Assembly (NCBI GenBank): GCA_033442325.1
Contig: JAWQFM010000002.1
Span: 2,229,315-2,293,314 of the forward strand
Reading direction: 5' to 3'
Length of the DNA stretch: 64,000 nt
Source: Salpingoeca rosetta
Lineage: Eukaryota > Protista > Choanoflagellata
Shown here: positions 1-31,814 of the stretch, piece by piece
Position numbering within the stretch: position 1 is the first letter of the stretch
Layout of the letters: each line of letters starts with the position of its first letter
Program-made: the position numbers and the translations under genes
Notes under the pieces: generated by a model
Told to the model about the DNA's origin: nothing
Databases searched by the model: none
What the model saw: only the letters and a program-made list of their open reading frames with translations

Positions 1-305
1 TGCGCGTTTGGTTTAGGGGAGGAGGAAGGGTGGTGCTGTTCGTGAACACTCGTGTTCCTCCGTGACGACTCGCAACCAGCACGCAATCGTCTTTGTTGGT
101 GTTCGTGAAGTGGCATGACAGTGACGTTTGGGCTTTTTCGTCTTGTGCAACTGTGGTTTGGTGACACTGGGGTTCGTTTATGCGATGATGACGACACAGG
201 TCATGTGGACTTGTGGAATGACGCGACTGTGGTGAATGTGGCGCCTTGCGCAGGGCCAGCATGGTTTGGTGGGAAAGTAACACGGGCAGCTGATGCGCGA
301 GGGAG

Positions 306-1422
<1,117 letters not shown>

Positions 1423-2112
1423 GACAACGGCGATTATGGAAGATTTTCACCAACAATCAGCAATCACATCATCTGAGTTGTTTGCTTCTTGCTTGTTGTC
1501 CTCCCTCCTTCTCTCTGCGCTTCTTGCATACTCGCCAGCCGCCGCTTCGCCTCATCAGACATCATTCAGACACACACCAGCCGTCAGACAGGTAGGAAGT
1601 CACCAAGCAAGCAAGCAAGCAGCCCCACGTTCGTCACATCTCACAGACACGCCGCATTTCCTTGCCAGCTGCGAAATACAAACACAAGGTAAGGGAGACT
1701 GCGGGCAGTGTGCAGCTCACACATCAACCCACGTGGTTTGGATGCGCTGTGTGGCTGCGAGTATTGCCATGTCTCCCAGCACATCACATCGTGCGTGTCA
1801 AGGCACAATTCAAAATCACACCTTTGCGGCAAGGAGGAAGACTAGACAGCCGCTCGCACACAAACACACCCATAGCAAACACACTGCTCGCGGTTGCCAA
1901 TCCCGAACGCATCCCTAAACTCCCCCAGCCTTGCTCCTTCCTGTCACCATTGCACCACACTGGACAGAACTGAACCACTCTTTCGACCATACTCGCTCCA
2001 AGTACCGCACACTACTCTCTGCTAAGCACCACCAGAACCAGAACCACCACCACCACCACCACCACCACCACCACCAAGAAGAGCGGACACCCTTCAATCA
2101 GGCCAGGAAGCC

Positions 2113-7026
<4,914 letters not shown>

Positions 7027-7071
7027 TGATCACCACGATCGTGTCATGATGTCACAACAGCGGCTGCTCAC

Positions 7072-7126
<55 letters not shown>

Positions 7127-7699
7127 CCGAGCATGTGCTCCACAGGTCAGCTATGTCTCATTCCGCCTCTGCTGTTCGTTCCTTCTCGATGTGCGTTGTC
7201 CTTGCTTGTCTTCATGTCACACATGTCACATCACCACCAAGCGTTAACCAACCCCCAGCCAGCCAGCCAGCTTTCCCCCCCTTTTGTTTGCTTGCCACTT
7301 CTCGTTTCTTTTTTGGTGTCGTTCGGAGTTACATAGACTATTATGTAAATCTTCCAAAAACAATCAGCACCCAAATTTCAACGCCTGCTATTTTGGTGAC
7401 CGGGAATTTCAAATCGCACGTCCAACGACAACCACAACGCACCAGCACCAGCCAATACAGGCAACCAACAAGCGAGAAGGAAACGCGTACGTTGTTGCTG
7501 TGCGCGCGCGTGTGTGTGACAGACAGGGAGAGTGTGAGAGAACACAAGGCGGGTAGAGCACACGACCAAGCAAAGACCCTGGTTAGCCGCTCAACACCGA
7601 GTGCAGACAAACTGTTGGTAGTGGTGTTTGTGGAATCCAAGCTCGCCACGAACCACACAACATAGCCCGAAACCTTACTGAAACGTGGCAACCATCAAC

Positions 7700-17503
<9,804 letters not shown>

Positions 17504-18315
17504 GCGTGGTCCTCCAGCTGTGTACTTGCGGGAAGCGTGTGAGCAGTCTGCGTGTGCCATTGTGAGCATGCGCACTGCCGCGCTGCTTTGCTTTGTGTGC
17601 GAGTGTGCGATCGAGTGTACATATTTGTGTGATGGTGATATGCTGATTTCTGTGCGCTGTGTGGCCACCACTTGGCTGCGCACGCATCACGCTTCTTTCC
17701 GGAATGATGGTGATGATAGCGGTGGTGGCGGTCGTCGTCATGGTGGTGGTGCTCTGGTTGACCCTCCCTCCCACTTCATTGTGGCCTTGGCTTTCCTTTT
17801 GGTGTTTTTGCTGTGTTATCCGCGCCATGAATGGCGCTCTTCCTTTCTGCTTTCGGTTCTTCCTCCAATTCTCTGTATTGCCCGCACTTTACGCCTTCCT
17901 TTGTGGCCGGCTCTCTTGTTGATTTGTCAATATGCTCCCACCACCAGTCCTTGCTTGCTGTGTCTCGCTTGCTGCTTGTGTGCTTGCTTCCTTGCTTTTC
18001 TCCACCCGCACATGGTGTGCTCCGTGCACCCAGAAAGCTCCCCTTTGCCTTGTGGATGTTCGCTTGTTTGCTTGCTTGTTTGCATGTGTGGGCATGTTGT
18101 GCTCTTGTGGGGGGCAGCACAGCATCCTGTAGTATTCCGTGGGCCGTACAGTGCCATGGTGGCAGTTTGCACTGCTTTCTTTCCTCCCTTTTGTTTTGTT
18201 TGTTGAATGGTTCCATCGATTGATTGCATTGACTGCTTGGAGGTGCACGCGCCGACTGGCTGATGTGGATGAACGCAAGCGAGTGAAGGGCCAAGCACAC
18301 ATACACGGTGTCATT

Positions 18316-18391
<76 letters not shown>

Positions 18392-18497
18392 GCACTCACA
18401 CGCCAAAATCTGACGTGGCAAGCAAGAAGAGACGCTGCTTGCATTTATTTGGCTGACGAAGCGTTTTCGTTCATCACAACAACAACACAACAACAGC

Positions 18498-20376
18498 ATG
18501 GCGACGACGATGAGGAGGAAGAAGGACGTGCCAGCGCAGACGCAGACGCAGACGCAGCCGCAGCCGCAGCAAGGGGCCGACAAGGTTGCTGGAGCGGGCG
18601 CAAGGACACCAAACAGGGCCAGCAGTAGTGGGAGTGGCAATGGCCGGGCTGTGTGCATGATTGCGTTGGTGCTTGTTACAACTGTAATTGGGGCTGCGGT
18701 TGTCTTCTCGTCCGAGAGCACCGGTGCATCCGTAGCCACGTGGCTGCGGCCCTTCTCCACGAGTTCGCTGCTTCCGCACCCTCCCCATTCACAACAACAG
18801 CAGCAGCAGCAGCAGCGGCAGCAGCAGCGGCAGCACGTGCACACGACTTTGGGTGAAGCTGAGCAACAACAACGACAACGAAAAGAAGATCAGCAGCCAC
18901 GGCAACAGCAACAGCAGCAAGAAGAAGAGGAAGAGCCAGCGCAAGCACAAGCACAAGAAACAAAAGGGCGCACCAAGTCACCGACGGCCACGTCTGACAC
19001 GTGTGACTTTACGTTCACGGACGAGTGCGAGGTGTGCGGTGCTGTGGACGACTGCCTGTGCACGGTGGAGGCTGTGAACGCGTTCAACACGGAGCACTTC
19101 TTCCCCAAGCTGCGTGCGCTGGTGGCACGGCCGTTCTTCAAGTTCTTCTACGTCAACCTGCACGGCCCCTGCACCGTGTGGGGCGATGACGACAGCCTGT
19201 GCACGTCGCCCAACTGCGCGGTGCAGGCGTGCGAAGACACGACGCCGTTTACCTCGTTCGAGACGGAGCCGGCGGTGGTGTCGTACGCCAACTACAGCTG
19301 CCTGGACCTGAACGCCATCAACGACACGGTGACGGCGCGGCAGCTGTCTGTGCTGCAAGGGGAGCAGCGCCGCGACATGCTTGATCGCAGCAACTTCTGC
19401 GTCGCCGACGAGCTTGTGTATCCACAGGAGGAGATGCAGTGGGTGAACCTGCTGGACAACCCGGAGCGGTTCACGGGGTACAGCGGCCCCGCGGCGCGGC
19501 GCATCTGGGATACCGTCTACAGCAGCAACTGCTTCCAGGCGCAGAGCAACCACGACAACTTCTTCCACGACTTGGTCGGTGGCCCGGGTATGAACGTGGA
19601 CATGGATATGGACATGAACGTGGACATGGATATGGACATGGACATTGAGGCGGGCGCTGGTGTTGACACGAGCGCGGGTGCGAGTGGCAGTGGCAACAGC
19701 CGCTACGATGTGGACATGGACTCGCTGTGTCTGGAGGAGCGCTTCTTCTATCGGCTTCTCTCCGGGGTGCACGCGTCCATCAGCGTGCATCTGTCGTACA
19801 AGTGGCTGGACCAGCAGACGGGGGAGTTTCGACCGAACATCACCGAATTCCGTCGGCGCTTCAGCGACAGCACGACGGGCGGGCAGGGCACGCGCTGGCT
19901 GAAGAACCTGTACTTCACCTACCTAACAGTGCTCAAGGCCATTGTCAAGGCGGAGAACCTGTGGCGGTCGTACCCGTTCCCGTCGGGCGACGCTGCGGAT
20001 GACGCGACCACCAAGGCGGCTGTTCTGGAGCTTGTGGACCAAGCCAAGCTGTACTGTGATATGGCTGTGGATGAGGAGGTGTTGTTCCAGACACCAGACC
20101 GCAAGGATGTGCTGGAGGAGATGCGTGAGCACCTTCGCCAGATTACCGAGATTATGAACTGCGTCGGCTGTCACAAGTGCCGTCTCTGGGGCAAACTACA
20201 GGTGTGTGTGTGTGTGTGCGTATGTGTGTGCATGGACGTATGTATGTGTGTGCGTGTTGGAGAGGAGGAGGGGGGGTGTACCGCTTCTTGCGACTTGTAT
20301 GCCTTGAACTGGTGTTGTACCATTTCCCCCCGCCAACACACACCCACACACGCACATACTCACACACGAACACACA

Positions 20377-20434
<58 letters not shown>

Positions 20435-20681
20435 GCACACACACACACACACACACACTCACACATCATATGGCCGCGTTCAGACGCGAGGGCTGGCGAC
20501 GGCGGTGCGCTTGTTGCTGGGGAACAAGATTAGCTCGGATCAGGTTGCGTTTGAGCTCGGCCGCAACGACATTGTGGCGCTGTTCAATCTGTGGGAGCGG
20601 TTGGCCTCCAGCATCACATACATGCACGAGTTTCAGGCCTTTCGACCCACCCAGGAAGACAACTCGCACACCAGCACATGA
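18498..20681 (+). CDS. ERO1: ER oxidoreductin 1, one intron at 20202-20483
   Basis: Motifs FKFFYVNLHGPCTVW, VNLLDNPERFTGYSG, CLEERFFYRLLSGVHASIS, LKNLYFTY, the CxxCxxC active-site region MNCVGCHKCRLWGKLQ|TRGL, and LGRNDIVALFN. N-terminal hydrophobic anchor VCMIALVLVTTVIGAAVVF. Confidence 0.95.
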
Positions 20682-22897
20682 TCGGCACATTGTCCTCCTC
20701 GACACACACACACTACACAGCGACACACACACACATGCACGCCACACAGCGACACACACACACACACACACCACACAGCACCACACAGCACCACACACCC
20801 ACACCCACACATACACACACACACACATACACACACACACACACACACACAGAGCACACAGAGCACACGACACACGACACACAAAACCACACACAACACC
20901 ACGACACACGACACACAAAACCACACCTGGCAACACCACACTTTTGCCTCACAACCAGACCAATCTTGCACACGGCTGACTTGCGGACAATTCGTTAATA
21001 ACATACAGTGATTCTCTGCAATCATGACGCAAGCAAAACCGTGGAAAACGCGCACACGAGCCATCAAGCACACGTTTAGGTGTGAGAAGAGAGGGCGTCA
21101 GAAGCAATGCCGCATGTTGCGTGATGAAAGCGATGCACTTCTTGAGGTGGCTGGCTGGAAGGCACACACAAAACACACGCACATACACATACACACACCC
21201 GACACTGACCTATTGACATACGAGGTTGCTTCGAGAAAGCAGGGCGGGTGGCGTTTGTGCAAGCGAGACCTGTTCTTGGACCAGCGCAACACATGGCAGT
21301 GACGACAACCGGCAGGGACTGGTGTGGTGTGAAGGTGGGGGTGGTCACTCTCGTTGCTTCTTCGCGATCCCTCTCGCGTGCTTCTGCGGCTTCTTTGCCT
21401 TCGCTCACGGATCGAACCTGTCGCCTGTCCCGACCATTCACTGACAAGGCCACCAGGAGGTACGTAGTTGCATGCGGTGGTTGCTCATGATTGTCCCGCT
21501 TCGCACGGGCATGACACATGCGCGAAAGCGAAAGCACCTGTTGCACTTATGCGTGTGCATTCATCCATGCATCCGCGATGTTTTGTTTGACGAAGTAATG
21601 ACGAGATTTGGTAATGCCCCTCCTCGCCCATTGCGCCCCTTTTCCTGCCTTCTGCTCTCACACACCGCCCAACCACTTGCATGTCCTGCTTTCTTGCCCG
21701 CCCGCTTCTGGGCTACCTCTTGCTTCGACTGCGTGTGCGCGTGTGTGCGCGTGGGTGCCTTTGCTTGCTTGATCGCTTGCTTGCTTGCTTCTTGCTTCGT
21801 TGCTTTGACCACTTCACTGCTGCCGTGTGCCGTGGGCCGCGTTCTGTGTGTGCTGTGCATGCGTCATGTCCTCAGGTGTGCTTGGCTTTCTTCCCGCTCT
21901 TGTGGCAAATTGCAAGAGTAACACACAACACAACACCTTTACTCGCAAACTAACTGATTCAGACCTCCCTACCTCCCGCCTTCCTCCTCCTCCTCCTCAT
22001 ACCCCTTTCTGTGATCGCTCTCGCCTTGTCTCGCGCGCGCGTGTGTTTAGCTTGTGCTTGCGCACCACAAATCGTTCCCCTCTTCCCCGTGTCAGCTGCT
22101 TGCTTCTTTCTCTCTTCAGATCAGATCGGCAGCGCCTCTATCGCACACACACACTCTCTCTCCCTCTGCTAGGCAACACTAAGGACGCGCGCCAATAGCC
22201 TGCCTGCCTGCCTGCAGAGCCATTTCTCTTGCTTTGCTCCTTCCCTTTCATTTTTTCACACCAAGAACGCAATTTAGGTTTGTGCTTTCGTGCTTTCGTG
22301 CTTTGCCCGCCACCCCCCTGCGCCCTTGATTACTTCGCCTCCTCTGCCACAGCACACCCCGCTTCTTTTGTTCTCATTCACACGGCAGCCACCCACCGTC
22401 AACCCCAAACAGCCAAACAAAAAGTGCCGACTGTGTCGCTTGCTTCATTCGGCCCTTCTTTGCTCCTTGCCTCTGGCTGTCCTCATCTTTGCCCCTGCCT
22501 GCACCCACTGCACCTCCCTCCACATCAACCTTATTCTTTCGAGCAGCAGCACCAGGGCCGCCGCTCTCTCCCGTGTCTCCCTTTCTTCACGGTCCACGGC
22601 CAACCCAAACCACCGCCTACTTCCATCCTTCCTCGCCCCCGGCGCAAGTTGCCACCACTTCCAACCTTGCACCATCGGACGACGTCAACGCCCACCCGAT
22701 CATACCACACCCCGCCATCACACCCACACACGCACGCCACACACGCACGCAGCTTGCGCTCTCCCCCTCTTCACCTTCCCTCACGCCTCCAATATCGCCA
22801 TCACCTCCCAAGAAAAGAAGAACAAGTGCATGGCGGCGCCCACGCAGGCTCGGCAGTACTCCCAAGCCCTCGAGTCATCGTCCAGTCACACACGTAT

Positions 22898-24305
22898 ATG
22901 AGCATGTCCACGACGCCACCACAGCACCAGTCACTCGTGCCTGTGTCTGTGCCTGACCTCTCATGGCGACAACAACAGCAGCAACAACAACAGCATCAAC
23001 ATCAACAGCAGCAGCAACAACACAAAATACTGCAGCAACAGGGGCAACAGCAGAGCGTTGACGATGTTCAGCCACCCGATGCAGTGTCCAAGCCAGTGGT
23101 CACAAACTCAGCGACACCCTTGTCACCAGTGCCCTTGCGTGAGGAGCGCATCAAGGTCCCCATCGACAGCCGCGATGCACACGCGCACACACGCCCTCGC
23201 CTGCCCTTGCTTCGTGCCAATCCCACAACACTCAGTGCACGCCGCAACCCGTCAAAAACCGCCCGCAACATTGACGCTCCCCCAACCGACCAAGCACCAC
23301 CCGACCAACGACAACAACAACCGGCCCAGCAACAAGGCCGGGGCCAGGCACAACAGCGAGGCCAGCACAGCAACCACACCTCCACCACCTCAACAGAGGT
23401 CTCGGACGAGGATGGCAGTGACACGCAGTCCCAACACAACAACGGCAGTGCTCTCACGGGCGGCCTGCCCAGCGAGGACACCCAGCTCGACGATGAACGC
23501 GACGTGCTGTCGCTGCTCACACGCGCACGCACACGCGCGGATGCCATCGACAGCTCCCCTGCTGCACAGCAACTCAGCACAACCGCTGCGGCACCCACGC
23601 CCGCAATGACAGCGGCAGCGGTGGGGACAGCGACACCGGCAACGAAGAAGATGCGTGCTGCTGCTCTGGCACCACACACGCAGCAGCAGCACGCCCTGAA
23701 CAATGTCGAAAACAGCACGGTGAATACGCACCAAACAAGCATTCCCCGCATCTCGACAATGCCGCCACCTGCCCACACCCACCAGTCCAAGCATGGCCAT
23801 CATGGCCATCATGGCAGCTGCAATCACCAACCACACCACCCCGTGCTTGTGGTGGTTACACCGCAGTCACACGCGCCCTTCACCGGCGTGCGCACGCCTC
23901 ACAAGGCAGCAATGCGTCTGCCAATGGGCACACGATCACTCCTCCGCTCACATCTCTCCGCAGTGCCGCTGTCTCGGCGCCAGTGCCCGCCCTCGCCCCG
24001 CACAGTGCCGTCCACGCCACCAACACCGTCGTCCCCTCAAGCACCCCACCCTTCAACCAAATCCCAGCAGCAGCAACAGATGGATGCGAGCACGACCTCT
24101 AGTGGGGTAGCGGGACCCCGTGAGCAGGGCACTCGCAAGGACACGCGTCGAACACAGACGGCATCCCATGAGCAGCAGAAGCAGAAGCAGCAGAAGCAGA
24201 AGAACAGTCTGCCCCAGCCACAACCAGAAACCACAGCACCTACCTTACGCGTACCAGCGAGGATGCGCTCGCCAGCCCAAGTGACCGCATCACCGACTGT
24301 GTCTC

Positions 24306-24382
<77 letters not shown>

Positions 24383-25356
24383 CCCCAGTCGGCCACTTCT
24401 AAACAAGAGGACGTACGCTCGCCAACACCAGCGCCAGCACCACCTGTGCAAGTTCGCTCCCCGATGGATCTCTTGTTTGAGGCCATCAAGCAGCAAGGCG
24501 ATGACGATGACGATGATGGTGACGACGACAACGGCGAAGATGATGGTAGCGGTCGTCAGCGACGAGGTGGTTTGCACAGCAGACGGCGGAAGCTCGGCCC
24601 AGAGTTTGCGCAAGAGGTGAAGGCGAAGGAGGAGGTGGACGAAGAAAACGTGAGGAATGAACTGGATCGCGGTGGAAGAAGGACAGCCCAGCCATCAGCG
24701 GTAAGGGGCTTGGGCCACAGAATTGCACCCCGCGGTGGGGGCGGTGCGATGGCGCCCTTGCAGATGGACGCAGCGGCAGACGACGGTGACGTGACGACCG
24801 GGGATGAAAGCTGGACAGACCATGGCGGCGGATACACGAGCAGCCAAGACGTGGGCAGCATGCTCAGCCACGACGCACACGCATCTGCGCTCTCCCGCAC
24901 CTCTACCGTGACATCACCGACTCCGTCAGCAGACAACACCGCACACGCCCAGCACGGCCGCTCGGGCAACAGCAGGCGGCGGTCCCGGCGGCGTATGGGC
25001 GAGCTGCCCCAGGACCAGCAGCAGAGGATGCGTGAATTAAACCGCAAGGCGGCACAGCGGCACCGGCAGCTGCTGCGGAAGCGAAAACAGGGCATGCAGC
25101 ATTGCATGCAGGCTGTTGCCCAGCGCAATGCAGAGCTGAAGGTGCAAGCGCGCATGCTTGCGTCGGAGCTGAAACGGCAATTTGCGCTGCTGTGTCACCT
25201 CAACTCCACGGGCCAGCTACGAACGGGCCTGAAGCGGGCAGCGAAGATCCGCGAGAGGAGGAGGAGGCAGCAGCAGTCGGCCGCTAGCGATGGCGAGCGG
25301 GAGGGCGGGGGTGATGGGGATGTGAAGGATGTGGAGCGGCTGGACGATGCTGGTAG

Positions 25357-25451
<95 letters not shown>

Positions 25452-26788
25452 CGAAAAGTGAGCCGCCAAAGGCCAAGACGGGGCGGCGGAAGCGGAAAGC
25501 GAGCGCAACGCCGGCACAGGAGCAGGCGCAGCAACGCGAGGGACACAGCGGGGGAAGACAGGGACAGACGACTGAAGCACGTGACGCAGGCAGTGGCGTG
25601 GGAGATGTTGATGGTGGTCGTGGTGGTCGTGGTGGTCGTGGTGTCAATCGGGTAGAACGGGGAGCAGAAGGAAAAGCCGGTGGTGACATGGTCACTGCCA
25701 AAGAAGCGAGCTCACTCGCCCAAGGAGAAAGGCAGATTGAGAAGAAGACGGAGAAGAAGGCAAACGCGAACGAAGAAGTTGAGGAAAAGAACCGAAAGGA
25801 GGGCAAGGGGCGGGCTGCACACCGACAGCACGACGAGAGCCCGCGTCGGCGCAGAGGCAAGGCGGCAGGACCTTCGTCAGCAGCGACACACACGCGTCGC
25901 CACCGCCACGCATCGCCACAGGCGGAGCGGAGCATGGCGCGAACACTGGCATGGGTCCAACAGCAAGCACAGCAGCAGCAGCAGCAGGAAAATGAGCGGC
26001 AAGAGCAGATGGCGCGGGGCGGTGATAACACGGGCATAACGTTTGCCTCAACACCGACCGGTTGGCCGATGGGCGCTTTTCAAGGCTTGCCTGCAGTAGC
26101 AACGACAACGCCACCAACAGCAACAGCAACGACGGGGTTAACAATAACACCGACAACGGCAGCACTGACGAGCGCATCAGCACCAGTGACACCGTTTGCC
26201 ACGTACGCGCCCACGATGGCCATGGTGGGCTCTTCCCCTTCGCTGCCGTCTGCGTCGTTTCTTCCTGGCGGAGCGCTGGCAATGCCATACGTTCTTCCCA
26301 CATATGCAGGCGGATATGACCCCACGGCGATGCCAGTGCCGCCATACTTGTACGCGTACCAGCTGCCGCTGCAGAACGCCATGCTCATGCAGCCCACACC
26401 CGAGACACAGCAGGGCCAGCAGATGCAGACACCGCCAGGGCCCGCTCCACCAGCAACACCCCAGTCCTCGACAGCAGGGATTGCGGCTGGCAGTAGCAGT
26501 ACCACGGCACCGCCACCGTTCATGTTCATGCCTGCAGGCAGCTTCACGCCAAGCACAACTGCGGCCATGAACCCTCTGGCATATGTTCCGTTCCAAGTGT
26601 CCACCGCACTTGGCCTTCCGATGCCATCACACTCATCGCTGTTCTCGCCTGCAACGACACTGGCGCCTGCTCCTACTACAACAACAGCCACCACCGCCAC
26701 AGCCATATCGGCGACCCCGCGGCCCTGTGACGGTGTACCACCAACGACGTTCCCATCCAGCCAGCCCTCGCAGCCCCCACCGTCGTGA
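22898..26788 (+). CDS. Intronless, low-complexity bZIP transcription factor (~1300 aa; open frame begins at 22229, first ATG at 22898)
   Basis: Basic region RMRELNRKAAQRHRQLLRKRK followed by heptads (…AQRNAELKVQARMLASELKRQFALL) at ~25025-25200. PolyQ, polyD and a P/T/A-rich C-terminus. Confidence 0.75.
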
Positions 26789-27028
26789 GAAGCAGTGAGG
26801 CCTGCCTCCCACGGGGTATTAGTCTTTGCATCATCCGTGTGGTGTTAGGGTAGTAGGGTGTTTGAATTTACTCTACCCGGCACGCCCACGCGGCCCAGAC
26901 ATGATTAACGGGCATTGAGACTTGTGACTTGAATGTACATACGTTTGCATAGCGCTTGGCACCTTGCCCTTATTCGCCGCCGCTTTGTTCATACATACTT
27001 CACCAACCAAGCTACATGTGCTGTGCGG

Positions 27029-27069
<41 letters not shown>

Positions 27070-27905
27070 GCTGTTGTTGTCTCAGTTGTTGTTGTTGTCT
27101 CAGTTGTTGTTGTTGGTCTGTTTGTCGCTTACTTGCTTGCTTGCATCAACGTGCTCAGGCTCCCAGAAAGACTCTGTTGTCATCCCTCAAGCCCTCAACT
27201 TGTTCAATCTGTGTGTGTGTGTGTGTGTGTGTGTCAGGGCTCATTCTTGTACTGATGTACGCTGGCTGGTGAAAGAGACTAGAGGCTTCTCCACTCCACA
27301 GCTTGCACGCGTGTCACTTCTTCACTTGCTTGCCACCTTTTTTCGTGCAACTCACTCACGTCACGCACATGCTTGCTTGCTTGCCTGAATGAATGAGCAC
27401 ATGGTTCTCTTAACCTCCCTGTGTTCTGTTCTGCTGAAGAGAGGTCTTCATTTGTCATTGAACCTTTGAACATTTTGTCCTAAGGTCCAAACGTGGACTT
27501 TCCCACTTTCCAGCCTTGTCCTTCCCTTTCCCCCAGTCCTACTGTGTGACGAACGAGTTTGTGTGTGTGTGTGTGTGTATGTGGTATGGAAGAAAGCGCA
27601 TTTGCAAACAATGGGGGAAGTGGACGTGTGCTGACGCTGGTGCTCGGCACTTGTAGGCTTGTGCATGGCTTGTGCCCCGTAGGTTGCCATGTTCTTTCGT
27701 TGGCACGGATGCAGGGTGGAGTGCGAACGCGTTTTGCTTTCGTCGTGGTGTGGTGTGGTGCGGGTTTGGCGAAATTGCACACAATAGACCCATGCCGCTC
27801 GCGATGAGTCATTCACTCTCCAGCCACACGACAACGACACACAACCACAAGAGGCAAGAAGCAGGCACGCTCAACAGAAGCACAGCCAAAGCGGGATCGG
27901 GGAAG

Positions 27906-28367
27906 ATGAGCGCACCACCACCGCCCTCGTACGAAAGCGCAGTGGCATCTGCGCCACCACCACAGCAGCCAGTGCAACCACCGACTGTGCCGCAGGCACA
28001 ATACCCCCCACCTGCTGCACAACAACAACAACAGCAACAACAACACCAACAACCGCAGTACATGCCTGGCCCTGTGCCACCTCCAAACCCGCCTTCGTAC
28101 AGTCAGTCGACAGCGGGCTTCTCCACCACGCCGCCGCACAGTGGCGCTGTGATCACATCCCACTATCCACCGGCACCCTCGCAGGCAGGCCCTTACACGA
28201 GCCGTGCGCCGCGCGGATACCAGCGACTGCCTTCGCAATATCCGCCTGCAGGCGCCGTCATTGTCCGCACAGACTACGCGAGGCGGAGACGAGCCATCAT
28301 TCGCTTCACATGTTTCTTCATCTTCCTCATCGCCCTCTTCTTCATCATCTACTACAACATTGTCTGA
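27906..28367 (+). CDS. Small proline-rich, tail-anchored membrane protein with PPxY motifs (153 aa)
   Basis: MSAPPPPSYESAV...PPNPPSYSQ... then RRRR, a hydrophobic AIIRFTCFFIFLIALFFIIYY segment, and NIV*. Single exon. Confidence 0.7.
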   Translation: MSAPPPPSYESAVASAPPPQQPVQPPTVPQAQYPPPAAQQQQQQQQHQQPQYMPGPVPPPNPPSYSQSTAGFSTTPPHSGAVITSHYPPAPSQAGPYTSRAPRGYQRLPSQYPPAGAVIVRTDYARRRRAIIRFTCFFIFLIALFFIIYYNIV

Positions 28368-28771
28368 GTTGCGGGGGATAGAGAGAGTGTGTGTGTGTGA
28401 GTGTGTGTGTATATGTGTATGTGTATATGTGTATGTGTATGTGTATGTGTGTGGTTTCATGGGCGAGACGTTCAGAACATATCTTCTAGTGTGGTGGTGT
28501 GATGCGAGTTACAACATTTGTGCAGAAACTGCTTGCTACTGGGCGATGGAGCTGAAGCGTTAGATCCGGATGGACTGTTTGGTAGCCACGTGCCTTGCCT
28601 GTTTGACATGAGGGGAAGCAGCACCTTGCCCGCCCACTTATGAGTGTTGTTCTTCATTTCATATTCCTCCTCTCCCGCATTATGTGCGAGAGGTCGTTGC
28701 TTTCTTCCAATCAACAAACATTCATTCATTCATTCGCATAAACGGACCCATTCACTCTCCTTCCAGTAGTA

Positions 28772-28907
<136 letters not shown>

Positions 28908-28984
28908 CACGTGAGCGGTGATTGTGCATGAGAAGGTCCAAGCCGCAGCGACAACAGCAAGGGTGTTTGCCAGCACATACTGAC

Positions 28985-31703
<2,719 letters not shown>

Positions 31704-31814
31704 CGATTCGTTGCTTCTGGGAGGTGTTGTCAGCGTCGTTTATGATTGGAGTAAGCCCCTGCCCTCTTTCGTGTTTTGCCCCCCCCCCCCTCAACACACA
31801 CACACACACACGTG

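Noticed and set aside
22229-22897. N-terminal extension of the 1519-aa ORF
   Set aside because: It starts at a non-ATG codon and is pyrimidine-rich like a 5' UTR; the first ATG is at 22898.
28555-28600. Possible last thiolase exon (ARHVATKQSIRI*)
   Set aside because: It has an AG acceptor but no similarity to the thiolase C-terminal motif; unsupported.
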